NCBI RefSeq assembly: GCF_006345805.1
Contig: NW_021833245.1
Location: 19,815 to 83,814, forward strand
Length of the DNA stretch: 64,000 bases
Direction of reading: 5' to 3'
From: Octopus sinensis
Lineage: Eukaryota
Numbering within the stretch: position 1 is the stretch's first letter; every line of letters begins with the position of its first letter. The position numbers and the translations under genes were made by a program. Below, in pieces: positions 25,791 through 38,715 of the stretch. The notes under the pieces are model-generated. The model did no database searches, was not told where the DNA came from, and saw only the letters and a list, made by a program, of their open reading frames with translations.

Positions 25791-26075
25791 GATAATAATA
25801 ATGATGATAATAATAATAATGATGATAATAATAATGATGATAATAATATTAATAGCAATGATAATAATAGTAATAATAATAATAGTAATAATAATAGTAA
25901 TAATAATAATAGTAGTAATAATAATAATAGTAATAATAATAAAAATAATAATAATAATGATGATAATAATATTAATAGTAATCATAATAATAGTAATAAT
26001 AATAATAGTAATAATAATAGTTATAATAATAATAGTAGTAATAATAATAATAGTAATAATAATAATAATAATAAT
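24350..26075. repeat. 18-bp higher-order satellite (AATGATAATAATGTTAGT)n grading into (AAT)n; also at 22880-23545
   Basis: Direct reading; unit variants GTTAGT/GATAGT/GATAAT. Confidence 0.95.
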
Positions 26076-29000
26076 CCTTTCTACTAATCCGACAGGGGAT
26101 TCCGGCGACTGCAGCGGAATATGAACTGAGAACGTAGAAACGGATAAATGCCGGATAAACAGTTTTTCCAGCGTGCTAACGATTCTGCCAACTCGCCAGC
26201 TTGATGATAATAATAATAATAATAATAATAATATTTTTAATTGGTATTTGACTGCATGGCATTGGAAACTAGCGTAAGTTTCTTTTTAAAGTATCCAAAT
26301 ACAGTGCTCCAGCATGGCCACAGTCAAATGACTGAAACAAATAAAAGAGTCTGTGTTATTTTAAAAAGATAACCAGTGCTTGTGAAGAACTTTAGCATTG
26401 AAAACCGAAAAACTAAAAGAATGAAATACACCGATTCCATTCATCGAATGGAATTTCACACATAACTTTTAAACACCGTTGAACCGCATTTTAACTTGCA
26501 ATAAATTGTTTTTAATAGCTATTTTTCAAACCTGTATTGTGGTCCCTTTTGTCGTAATTCTTTGCCGGTTTTTTCAGTGTTAGTGTTGCTGCTATTTTTA
26601 ATATATTTTAATGGGAGATAGTTATTGTTTTCGTAAAGCTCTGATTAATATTGTAAGAGGCAAAAGCAACCCCAGATAGCAAAGTGGACACCATTATACC
26701 AGTAAATGGGCTTTAAACGAATCGGCCACTTTGAAATGAATATGAATTATTAGATGCTCATCGATGATTGATATTCAATTAGCATCTCTATCGACACCTC
26801 AAATTTAATCAGTCGAACCTTTGGAAGTAAACAAAAACAATAAAAAAAATGAATAAATAAGATTAGAAAGGATATTCTTCGGTAATATGAGAGCGACTGA
26901 TTTAGTTGTTCTATGTTTAGTTTTAAAATTAATTACATGAAAACAAATTTAAATATTTAAGTAATTATGTCTTTCTAAAATAGATAAAGACACAGATTTC
27001 AAAACATTGTTAGTAATTTATGTTATCGAGCTAAGAACAAAATAAAAAAAATTTAAAAGAAAAGAGAAAAGACCTAATTGACTTCCATAGGATTTTAATT
27101 CTGGAATTCAATAGCAGCCGAAAGAAATAAAGCAAAATGAAAAACTGCAATGTTGCATACCGCAAGAATCCTATGTAAAATTCTTTAGATTTGAAAATCC
27201 GTGTAGTCATGATACCTATATTGTACCTGCTAACTATTATAACATAATAACACTACTACTACTAATAATAATAATAACGATAATAATAAAAGCATAGAAA
27301 TAGAGGTAACCAGAATGTGGAATCTAAAAAACAGAAACTATCGCTATCTTTGTAGGCGCATTAGGTATGATAAAAAATATTCAGACAAATACATAAGAAA
27401 AACACCAAGACTTACAAATATATATATAACATACAGAAAATTGCACTACTAGGCACTGCACACATCCTACGCAAAACACTTCAATACAGCAACCATCAGA
27501 GCATCCCAACAAATCACATCACATACCCAAGGCACACAGAGCTGTGATCGGTAATGAAGTGAAAGCACGTTATAAAAATAAAAGTACTACATAATAATAA
27601 TAATAATATAATAATAATAATAATAAATAATAATAATAATAATCCTTTCTACTAATCCGACAGGGGATTCCGGCGACTGCAGCGGAATATGAACTGAGAA
27701 CGTAGAAACGGATAAATGCCGGATAAACAGTTTTTCCAGCGTGCTAACGATTCTGCCAACTCGCCAGCTTGATGATAATAATAATAATAATAATAATAAT
27801 ATTTTTAATTGGTATTTGACTGCATGGCATTGGAAACTAGCGTAAGTTTCTTTTTTAAAGTATCCAAATACAGTGCTCCAGCATGGCCACAGTCAAATGA
27901 CTGAAACAAATAAAAGAGTCTGTGTTATTTTAAAAAGATAACCAGTGCTTGTGAAGAACTTTAGCATTGAAAACCGAAAAACTAAAAGAATGAAATACAC
28001 CGATTCCATTCATCGAATGGAATTTCACACATAACTTTTAAACACCGTTGAACCGCATTTTAACTTGCAATAAATTGTTTTTAATAGCTATTTTTCAAAC
28101 CTGTATTGTGGTCCCTTTTGTCGTAATTCTTTGCCGGTTTTTTCAGTGTTAGTGTTGCTGCTATTTTTAATATATTTTAATGGGAGATAGTTATTGTTTT
28201 CGTAAAGCTCTGATTAATATTGTAAGAGGCAAAAGCAACCCCAGATAGCAAAGTGGACACCATTATACCAGTAAATGGGCTTTAAACGAATCGGCCACTT
28301 TGAAATGAATATGAATTATTAGATGCTCATCGATGATTGATATTCAATTAGCATCTCTATCGACACCTCAAATTTAATCAGTCGAACCTTTGGAAGTAAA
28401 CAAAAACAATAAAAAAAATGAATAAATAAGATTAGAAAGGATATTCTTCGGTAATATGAGAGCGACTGATTTAGTTGTTCTATGTTTAGTTTTAAAATTA
28501 ATTACATGAAAACAAATTTAAATATTTAAGTAATTATGTCTTTCTAAAATAGATAAAGACACAGATTTCAAAACATTGTTAGTAATTTATGTTATCGAGC
28601 TAAGAACAAAATAAAAAAAATTTAAAAGAAAAGAGAAAAGACCTAATTGACTTCCATAGGATTTTAATTCTGGAATTCAATAGCAGCCGAAAGAAATAAA
28701 GCAAAATGAAAAACTGCAATGTTGCATACCGCAAGAATCCTATGTAAAATTCTTTAGATTTGAAAATCCGTGTAGTCATGATACCTATATTGTACCTGCT
28801 AACTATTATAACATAATAACACTACTACTACTACTAATAATAATAACGATAATAATAAAAGCATAGAAATAGAGGTAACCAGAATGTGGAATCTAAAAAA
28901 CAGAAACTATCGCTATCTTTGTAGGCGCATTAGGTATGATAAAAAATATTCAGACAAATACATAAGAAAAACACCAAGACTTACAAATATATATATAACA

Positions 29001-29160
29001 TACAGAAAATTGCGCTACTAGGCACTGCACACATCCTACGCAAAACACTTTCAATACAGCAACCATCAGAGCATCCCAACAAATCACATCACATACCCAA
29101 GGCACACAGAGCTGTGATCGGTAATGAAGTGAAAGCACGTTATAAAAATAAAAGTACTAC

Positions 29161-29198
<38 letters not shown>

Positions 29199-29205
29199 TA
29201 ATAAT
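26066..29205 (+). repeat. Near-perfect tandem duplication, 2 x ~1568 bp
   Basis: CCTTTCTACTAATCCGAC at 26076 and 27644; only a few differences seen, mostly homopolymer or microsatellite length. Confidence 0.93.
27288..27592 (+). mobile_element. Dong/R4 LINE 3' end (endonuclease C-terminus, 3' UTR, TAA tail); second copy at 28856-29161
   Basis: Frameshift-corrected IEVTRMWNLKTETIAIFVGALGMI...IQKIALLGTAHILRK, followed by (TAA)n. Confidence 0.85.
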
Positions 29206-29985
29206 TTGTGTGCTATGGGCAAGCCAACATAAAAAGAATTCTAACTGAACCTCACCTGCAAGGTCATGCCATGTTTATCTTGATATGAGGTCACCATGTG
29301 ACGGATATATGGTTGTGATGCATGTGCCTGGTGTACCCTTATCAGACATGTAGTCATGATGTGTATATTGGGCTTCGTATATTTGTTCCCCAGTGTCACT
29401 TGGATGGCATTCGCTGCTTTCTCACGCAATAATAATAATAGTAGTAATAAAAATAATAATAATAACAATCTGATGAGGATACACTAGGCACATGCATCTT
29501 GGTATAAAAGATGGGCTACAGCAAATATTCTGCTCAATACCACAGATTTGCTTGTCAGTTTGACCTTAACCAGTTGAGCATGTCCCTTGGTGTCTGACGA
29601 TATGTGCATCTCTGATTACGAGCAGAAGTATTTGGGGAGTATCATATCCATGTGTTGAGAGGGATTCTTTGGGGTTTGAATAATTCACCTCTGGAAACAT
29701 CGGCGTTTCGTTCAACATCCTTAAACCACCCTTGTTCAGGGACCTTTTGAGCAGGATGGGTTACTCAACCAGAAGAAAATTCTAATTGGGCCCCACCTGC
29801 AATGTCATGCGCTGTTTATCTTAATATGAGATCACCATGTTGCGCACATGCGGTTGTGATGCATGGGCCAGGTTTACCCTTATCAGAGGGTAGTCCTGGT
29901 GGGTATACTGGGCTTCGTATATTTTACCCCAGCGTCACTTTGATGGCATGCACTGCTCTCTCACTCAATAATAATAATAATAATA
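29205..29985 (+). mobile_element. Two stacked copies of a TAA-tailed non-autonomous retroposon (29205-29450 partial; 29470-29985 longer)
   Basis: Shared 3' end CTGGGCTTCGTATATTT...GTCACTTTGATGGCAT...CTCACTCAATAATAA; third fragment at 61190-61285. Confidence 0.8.
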
Positions 29986-30572
29986 ATGCTAAAATTATCG
30001 ATACCATTAATGATAGGAAACCTGTTTCGGATAATTACAACGACGCTTGTATTGTGGTCTTTTATATTTACACTTTCTCCGATATACTAAATCTACGATC
30101 AAACAAATTTGAATTATGACCATCCTGTTTTAAGAAGTCATTGCTTTACTTTGAATAATGCCATTTAATGTATCATTGACCAAACTGAGTCGGTGGGTGG
30201 TGGACTTTGATTGATTCGGTTGATACTGTTCGAAGATAAAAGTGGCATGTAACAGTAACGTCATTGAACGTCGGTTCTTATGATAGGAATCCGTTATTGA
30301 TCAATATCTTAAAAGAAGTTAACATTCTTAATTTAATTAGAAACTAATAATGAAAGGTAACAAAAAAATATAGGAAAATACAAAAATAAACAAAAGATAA
30401 AAATTACAATAACCGACACTCTCAGTCCTATGGATGATCCACCTTTCCAGCATTTTAGAAGTGTGTTGTGATTTAAGACACAACGATTCCTCATATAGGA
30501 GACACATTCCATCATTACGTCATAATGTGCTTCTTTTGGTCCGTACAATTATATATATATGTATATATATAT

Positions 30573-30812
30573 AAATTGAGATAGGGGTTGTGAGTGTAAC
30601 CCTCTATGGGATACCATATATCCAATATACTGCCAGTAAAGCACCCAATAAAGTTAATACATAAATGCTAAGAGTTGCGATGCAATTAATTCATTTATTG
30701 TATTATATGGGCGAAGGTAAAATGTTTTACCTCAAATTTATAATACAAAATAAGAAAATGGAGGAATACACTTTAATCAATAATCAACTACCAGATAATA
30801 CCCATTCACAAA
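30573..30812. mobile_element. (TA)n-embedded repeat family fragment
   Basis: Shares two motifs with 58884-59100. Confidence 0.65.
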
Positions 30813-30852
<40 letters not shown>

Positions 30853-31239
30853 TGGATACCTCTTTTGGATTCAGCATATCAAAAGACCTTCAAATCAGGT
30901 AAAAATCTTCTGACAGCAAAATACCTGCTGGGTTGTGTTATTGGTTAAACAGAACAGCTGAAGCTTTTTAAAAAGGTTGAAAGGAAAGCATTGGCGGTTT
31001 AAGGGGTTTAAATTTGAAACCGGAGAGCTCCGACGTTTCCGTTTAACGATATTCACTACCTTTTGATACCATCAGGGAGCAAACACTCCGCGTAACTCTT
31101 ATCAGTAACGGTCAGTGGTTTTCACAGACGTTTTGATATTGATTACAGAGTTATTATTAATAAACATATCTGTCCCCAGACAGACATCCATATATCATAG
31201 CTGCACCCTCGTTACACAAGAGAAGTCATTGCCAAAAGG

Positions 31240-32300
31240 GCTTATTGAAATGATTCATTATTGATGCCATGTGGTGTCCGCATATGACTTGTACGCCCAA
31301 CCAAAGTTTTGCACATGTTCTTACAGCTGTGTTGGCTGGCAAGAGAAATAGGTTCCTCCGTATGCACTCTCTTCACATGTCTTTTCAGACCTCCAACTAA
31401 GAGGCACACCCTACCACATTTTATACATGTTCTGTTGTGAATTGTAATAGCTACATCATTGTTTATCATGGGTCGATTCCTGTCAAATTTTGATGGTTGG
31501 CCAGGCCGTCACGACTTAAATACCTTCACAAATAACAAACACCAAAAGCAACAAACCCTTATTCTCCACAGTGTCTCTCCTTCTAAGCCATTTCTTAATT
31601 CTCTCATACTTCACTCTCTCCCTTTCAAACCCCAAACAACCATTACGTACTGTCCTCCTCCAGCCATCCCTGTCTTGTGCCTCCATCTCCCAATCACCAA
31701 CAGCAATTTCTGTGGATATTAGAGCATTTTAAAGGCAATACTTAAACCTTAGTTTTGGCTTATGCGCAGGTCTCCAGTCGTATACCAGCTCGCCATACTA
31801 TAGCTGCTTGGGCAGTCTCTCATCACCTATCTGTACCAGATGCCCTCCACCACCACAAATATCTTTGGAGAATCATTGACTCTATATTTATATTACCACT
31901 CATCTCAAGCACCTCCACATAACTAAAGGCAATTTTCCATTTTATCCCCCCATTATTTTTCTGAAAGCATTGACGGTATCGTTCCAGTTACTATACAAAC
32001 CTCACTCCCATGTAGCAAAGATGACATGATGCGCATGTTATATACCTTAACTTTAATTTGTGAAGATATATTATGTTGTGTCCACAGACGTCTAAAATGC
32101 CTACCAAAAGCACTACTAGTCCTGCTAATTCTTTAGAAATTTCATCATGAAGAACAGCAGTGCTCAATGTACTTCCTAAATAAACAAATCTAGACACAGT
32201 CTCCAACATTTGACCAGTCACAGCAACAAAATATTCCACATATATCTTTAAGGGAGCAGACTGGTATATTAGAATCTAAGTATGTTTTACAGAGGATTAA
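31240..32300 (-). mobile_element. RTE-clade LINE 3' relic with C-terminal zinc-finger-like repeats
   Basis: LETVSRFVYLGSTLS...DEI; GHL...DERLPKQL.YGEL; WEMEAQDRDGWRRTV; CIKCGRVCLLVGGLKRH; multiple frameshifts. Confidence 0.85.
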
Positions 32301-33275
32301 ACAGAAAATATTTATATCTAGGAAAATATACACGCTAATTATATAGCAGTCTATGTTCATATATAATAACTTGATACATACGTCTCTTAGCTGCTGGATA
32401 ATTTAAATTTCAGTCAATACTAACATATATATAAACGACTAAATTTCGATTTGATATGATTCGACGACCACGAACATATGGATATTTACTTGTATCTATT
32501 ACTAAGCCAATAAAAATTATACAGTTACAACGGTTTATTTGTTATTCTTTCTTTTTTATCTATTTTTAATTTATTCGTATTTTTATTACATAATTATTTT
32601 CCCTTACAGAGATATCATTATTTTTTTATTATCTACATATTTTTAAATTTATTTTTATTTTATCTTTATTTTTACTTACTTGAATTACAAACTTTGCTAA
32701 TACGCACCCACAATATATAGGATATAACTTTTTAGACTTCTTCAGTTTCTGATTTGAATCCCTTCAAGAAATATGTAACCATTTTATATATAAAAAAAAA
32801 CAACAACCCGAAAGAGATTCTGCCCCATACAGTTTTAAATGATTACCAATTGGACAGACCCAAATACTTCGTGGAGATTTTCTTCTTATAAATCCAAAAT
32901 TTAACTTGTTTACTCTCCATGAGAGATTAAGCCAGTGAAATTTTGGATTCATTAATCCCTAACGAGGACATAACATCCTTGAAATGAGTGTGTGTGCGTG
33001 TGTATATATATACATATATATATATACATACACACACACACATATACATACTTGCATACAGGTATGGTGAAGTAAACAGAAGAAAAAGAACTCAAAATAT
33101 GAGTATATTTATAATTTTTATTTATATTTAGTAAAAGCAAGAGAGTAACTCAAGGTTCGACAGTTGTTCTAGTTGACATTTACCATACTGTCATAAACTA
33201 ATTTGACAAGTGTCAGTGCACGAGTCTCTCGGCTCTGGTTGTCACTCTGTTGCTTCTGCTAATTATATATATATA

Positions 33276-33318
<43 letters not shown>

Positions 33319-34769
33319 GAGAGAGAGAGAGAGGGAATACAATGAAAGTCAGGATGCATGAAATCAATACATATATTCGCCAGCTGATATCCATAGGATG
33401 CCGGCTGTTTCGTTGCCAACAAAATGCAAATATAATTTATTTCAGTGAATAAAATGTGATTTGTAGCTGAGTCCGCTAAAGAAGCTTGTTTGTGATTACC
33501 ACAGTTGATATAAATCAATATATTGTACATTAAATATGTATGCCTATTTCATTTTATATGTAAGTATATATACACATACATAAAATCTGAAATCCATTAA
33601 ATGGTCAATGTAACTTCAAGATATATTAACTGCGACTCCCTAAAGAAATACAAGTTGATTAACGTGATCTAATGCTCAGACTCCCAAGTAGAAAACAGGA
33701 TCGGTTCAGTTGAAATTCGTTTGGTAATTTGTCTGTTCGATGAAATCCGACCTTTGGCTAAACAATAAAATCAACAAGAATAACAACAACAAGAACTAAA
33801 GGAAAAAGGCCAGATGGAGACGAAAAGAAAATGTGAATAAGAGCCGGAGAGAATCTGGTAGACGTAATGTTAATTAGAGACAAAGAAACGTATTGAATTA
33901 CGTTATCTGATAATTATAAAACATTAATTAAGCAGTCTCCGGCTCATATTCATTTAAAAACTCCTCGTAACATAAAATAAATTTTGAAAAAGAGAAAATT
34001 AAAAAAAAAAAACGCAGAAAATTAAAAGGACGCAAAGAATATTTTCATATTTTATATTAATCTTTTCGTTTACGCAGAAAAGTTCTTAAATTAGACACTC
34101 CAGTTCATATTTGTAATAAAAAGAAAAGAAAGTTTAATGATAAAACAGTCTTTTGAAATTTTTCTATTGGAAACATTATATTGAAACTGCAACCACCACC
34201 ACCACCACCACCACCACTATTTCTTGTACTATCACTACTACCTTTGGTACCATATTTAACACTACTGCCATCTTTTATTCCTTTTATTAAGTCAGAAAGA
34301 AACATGATTTTAGCACCTTTGAAATTTCTATTCATATTTCCTTTCCCAAATCTGCCTTGAATTTTAACGGGAAATTAATAATTCTTAAATGTAATTCAAT
34401 TAGTATATAATGAATTTATCAATTTCTTGAAATTAAAACGTCAAATTAAGTTACGCAGGGAAAGTAACATAATGTATATATATATGCACTCACACGTATA
34501 TGCGTTAAGGTTCACGTCATACATACAAACGATGGGATATAGTTTATGAAATTATTCGAATCTGAAATCTCGCTGGAACAGGAATGTCAAAGCAGTCAGA
34601 ATATCAAGTGAATGGTGCCTTGCATGAAATGAATACCTATCTGTTAGTTAATGTATTTCTGTATATCATTCTCTATCTCTCTATCTATCCATCTGCGGGG
34701 GGGGGGGTTAGTTGAAATTTAAAGAAAAAGCAGAAGCCGAAGGCAGGTGTTTTGGTTTGACGTTCGGGA

Positions 34770-34880
34770 AAGTGAGAAAGTGTGTTTAGGTCTCGAGCTA
34801 ACGTTCTTCAACGGAGAGGAATAAGAGAAAATAAAGAGAGAAAGAATAAGAGAAAACTAAACTTGGGGATTTAGCGTAGA
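34770..34880 (-). mobile_element. Penelope-like terminal fragment; related copy at 37270-37370
   Basis: Shared AACGYTCTTCAACGGAGAGRAATAAGAGAAAATAAA...ACTAAACTT...GGGATTTAGCGT; decayed HHR-like layout. Confidence 0.5.
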
Positions 34881-34894
34881 CAGACTGACAGACA

Positions 34895-35140
34895 AATAGA
34901 TATATAGATAGACAGACAGACAGATAAATAAATAGATAGATAGCGATAGAGAGATAAAGATAGATAAAGATAGATAGATAGATAGATAGGTAGATAGGTA
35001 GATAGATAGACAGATAGATAGATGGATGGATAAATAGATAGATAGGTAGGTAGATAGACAGATAGATAGATAGATGGATGGATAAATAGATAGATGGATG
35101 GATAGATGGTTGGATAAATAGATAGATAGATAGATAGATA
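34895..35140. repeat. (GATA)/(GACA)/(GATG) microsatellite
   Basis: Direct reading. Confidence 0.95.
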
Positions 35141-35765
35141 GTATTTACTCAAATAAAGAACAATTAACGTTGTCACATGTCCCCTCATGTGGTAGATTCT
35201 GCAATTTTGCGACCGTTTAGCTAAAGGCTCAAAAGCTCTCTGTAGAAACCAAAGCTAAGTCCATCCTGGTGGTAACTTCACGACCATATAAATATACATG
35301 TGCGTGTGAGTGAGTGTATGTGTATTAAAAGACATTACAAAACCTGCAATAATATAGCTGTCTTATTTAACTTCTGCAATGGTTGACTAATAGGATATAA
35401 GAACTTTGTAGATTTCTCCACTTTGACTTGAATGAATTCTCTGTATCTCAAAATCCTTTTACGAAAACGTGATGAAATTCATGAAATATATCTATACTCA
35501 ATGGGGATTAATGACAATGTTTATGAACACCAACGAATCTGCCTCGGTCATTGATGAAACTTCCTAGATAAGAAAAAAATAATTTTAAAAGTTTGTGGCT
35601 TTTATTGTGGGATTCCCCACTGTTAACCAAGTTTAGTCATACCAGAGATGTGGAAAATAATAATATAAAACACTCTCTTAGCATAAGACTGTGTAAAAAT
35701 ACCCACCACATTGTGTGGACAAAGTATAAAGAGCCTTTGAAAAGTAGTATCGCTTTTATATTTAA

Positions 35766-36030
35766 CTAACAGTATCGCCCGGCGTTACTCGGATTTGTAA
35801 GGGAAATAATTATAAAGCATTTTTAGAGAGTTATAACAAAAAAATAGCAAAAAATGCATTCAAAATGGAAAAAACTGATGGTAAATTATTTTTAAAATCG
35901 TAGACTCATCGTAGATGAATCACGACTATAAGATACCCGCTTTTGGTTAAACTGCATCGCAAAATGTGGGAGTAGTTAGGAATCTAAATCGGAGTAGACA
36001 GACACACAACCTTTCTTTTATATATAAAGA
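35766..36030 (-). mobile_element. Non-autonomous Helitron-like element
   Basis: Minus strand A|TCTTTATATATAAAAG...GTGTGTCTGTCT...CCGAGTAACGCCGGGCG (subterminal hairpin) ATACTG TTAG|T; A/T target, no TSD. Confidence 0.7.
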
Positions 36031-37790
36031 TATCTATAAATTGGAATATCCTTAATACCAGCTACTTTAAGGAAAAACAAGCGTGCTTTATCAGATAGTA
36101 CGGTAGGGTATTCTTGTGGCACGGTTTGCTAGAAATGGCACCCAAATCTCTGTCAAATTATCTACCATCTTTGATGATTGAAGGACACGTTGGACAATGT
36201 ATTTCTGCATTTCACAAGATAGATAAGATTGTAATTGCTGGAATTTGTTTTACTCCTATATTTGCCCAGTTTTTGTCATCTGGAGCTAAACAAAAATATT
36301 AGCAGCAGCAGCAACGACAACAACAGTAGCAGCAGAGGCAGCAGCTTCAACAGCCAACAGCCATATATATATTGAGCTGTGTTTTCTTACAATGCGAAAT
36401 TTCTACAAAGCTATTTTTATTCACACAAGCCAAAGGAAGTAGCTATACAGAAAGAAAGCTTTATCCATCCGGCCATATTCATGAAAAAAATACGTAGGCA
36501 ATACACTATTATTCAAACAATATTTTGTGTAGACACCAATACGAAAATACGTAATGGCGCTGTGTATCGCTCCAAAAAAAAAAAAAGAGAAAACGTATTA
36601 GGAAACAGCTGTTAAAAAGAAATAAACAAGAAAATGGAAAAATAAAAAAAAAACTGAAAAAAAAAAACACAGAGCAATAAACGGAACACTGCTTACAGAA
36701 TAATGCAACAGAGAAAAGACAGATAATCTTGTTTGATCCAAATTCTAGCAGCGTGTAATATAACTAGAAATGTCCTGTCAATGATTAAAAAACAGCAAGC
36801 AAAAATATTTCCTTATCAGCTATGATATTTATTAAGAACAGCGTAAAAGTTAGTTAAATGAAAGTAAATCATCTTAACTGAAACAACCTATTATAAAAGA
36901 TGTAACAGTATTAGTGATAAATCTAATCAATCAGGAGAATGTAATCTTAACAAGCACGTCCTGTTCACTGCATGGCAAATGTCTCACAAAGGCTGGAGGG
37001 TAGAGAGCGAGAATAACATCCACAGATGTTATCAAAATAAACTAATAGAGCTAACGCAAGAACTCATTGTAAAACAATCCTGCATTGTGCATTCACTTCT
37101 TTAGATCCTGATAAAATTAATTATGTTGCTGTATTCCCGTTAGTCTGGAAATGGAAGTAGAAATAGAAACAACAGAATCTGCATAAACTGGCGTATGGTT
37201 GAGACCATTATTAAGCGTACGTTAATTCACTATATTGCGTGGATCACAGGAAACGCGATGCCTCGGCGATGAATTTTCGGGGTGCCATAACGCTCTTCAA
37301 CGGAGAGAAATAAGAGAAAATAAACGGGGAAATAAAAAAAAACTAAACTTGTGGGATTTAGCGTCGATATATAGATGTGTGGTGTAAAGGGATAGATGGA
37401 TATATATATAGATAGATAGATAGGTGTATAAATAGATAGATAGGTAGATAGGTAGGTAGATAGATAGATGGATAGATAGATAGATATATTTTCAAATGAA
37501 ATAAAAGAAATATTCATTTGACAGAAAAATATTTGGTATGCAATATTTTCCAAATACAAATTGGTTTAAATAGGTAAATTAAAGAAAAAAAATGAAAAAC
37601 GGAAAGATTTTTATCATTAACACTGTATTTAAATGAAAAAGGCGGCAAGAGGTTTCTTGTAAAATATATAAACAGTTTCGGTAATTTTTCGGACGTCGTA
37701 TGAAGAGGGGTTCAATGTGAACTAATATATGGTTGATAAACACTCCGATACCAAATATTTCGATGCGAAAATAAATAAAAATAATGTGCA

Positions 37791-38256
37791 TAGGCGCAAG
37801 CGTAGCTGCGTGGTAAGGAGCTTGTTTTCCGACCACATAGTTCCGGGTTGAGCCTCAATACCTGGCACCATGGGCAAGTGTCTTCTACTATAGCTTCGGG
37901 CTGACCAAGGCTTTGTGAGTTGATTTAGTATATGGAAACAGGAAGGCGTCTGTTATATATACATATATATGTGTGTGTGTGTGTGTGTATTGATAGATAG
38001 ATAGATAGATAGGTAGATAGATAGGTAGATAGATAGGTAGATAAAGTGTGTGTTTGTGTGTACCTGTCCCCCACCGCCACTTGACAACTGGTGTTAGTAT
38101 GGTTTTGTACCCGTAACTCAGCGGTTTGGCAAAACAGATCGATTGTATAAGTACCAGGTTTACAAGAAAAGTATTGGCATAAATTTATTCGACAAAAAAA
38201 AATCTGCAAGGCAGTGTCCCAGTATAGCCGTAGTCTAATGACTGAAACATGCAAAA
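37791..38256 (+). mobile_element. SINE family A, full length with expanded internal (TG)/(GATA)
   Basis: Head, CATGGGCAAGTGTC core and tail. Confidence 0.85.
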
Positions 38257-38715
38257 ATTTACTGTCAGAATACTTCTTACAACTACTGGTGGGTAAGAAA
38301 ATTTCAATCCGTACGGTACATAAACAACAAACTAAAGACACAACCCTCGCGTTACCACATAACTCACATACTTCACGCTGCCATGTTGCACATAATCTTC
38401 CCGACGCCATATTCGTTATAAAAACAATTAGAAAAGAACTCAATGAAATTTGCTTTGGCAAAGTAGTCTTCCAGAAATGGAAAGAAAAAAAAATGTATTC
38501 GGTAATCGATCTTTGCAGAAATTTGGACTGTCTCCGATATATCCGACAGTAGAACTAACGGTCACTCACTGCTGAAATCAGAGTTACATTTTGTCGAGTT
38601 CTGTATTGGAAAACCATTTGAAGGAATCGTTTTCTCATTACTGTTGTCTGATGCTGATTGACTAAACTTATATATTTCAGCATCTTCGACCATCTCTCTA
38701 TAAGTACATAGCACC

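Noticed and set aside
21891-26124. Asn/Asp-, Ile/Met- and Leu-rich ORFs
   Set aside because: By-products of (AAT)n-derived satellites
34105-34335. 76-aa ORF with poly-Gly as an exon
   Set aside because: Built around an (ACC)n microsatellite in degenerate ACT/ACC sequence; weak acceptor, no recognisable domain
38365-38465. Minus-strand exon candidate (...MASGRLCATWQREV|GTGAGT)
   Set aside because: A good donor and polypyrimidine tract are present, but two frames and the opposite strand are equally plausible and I recognise no homology
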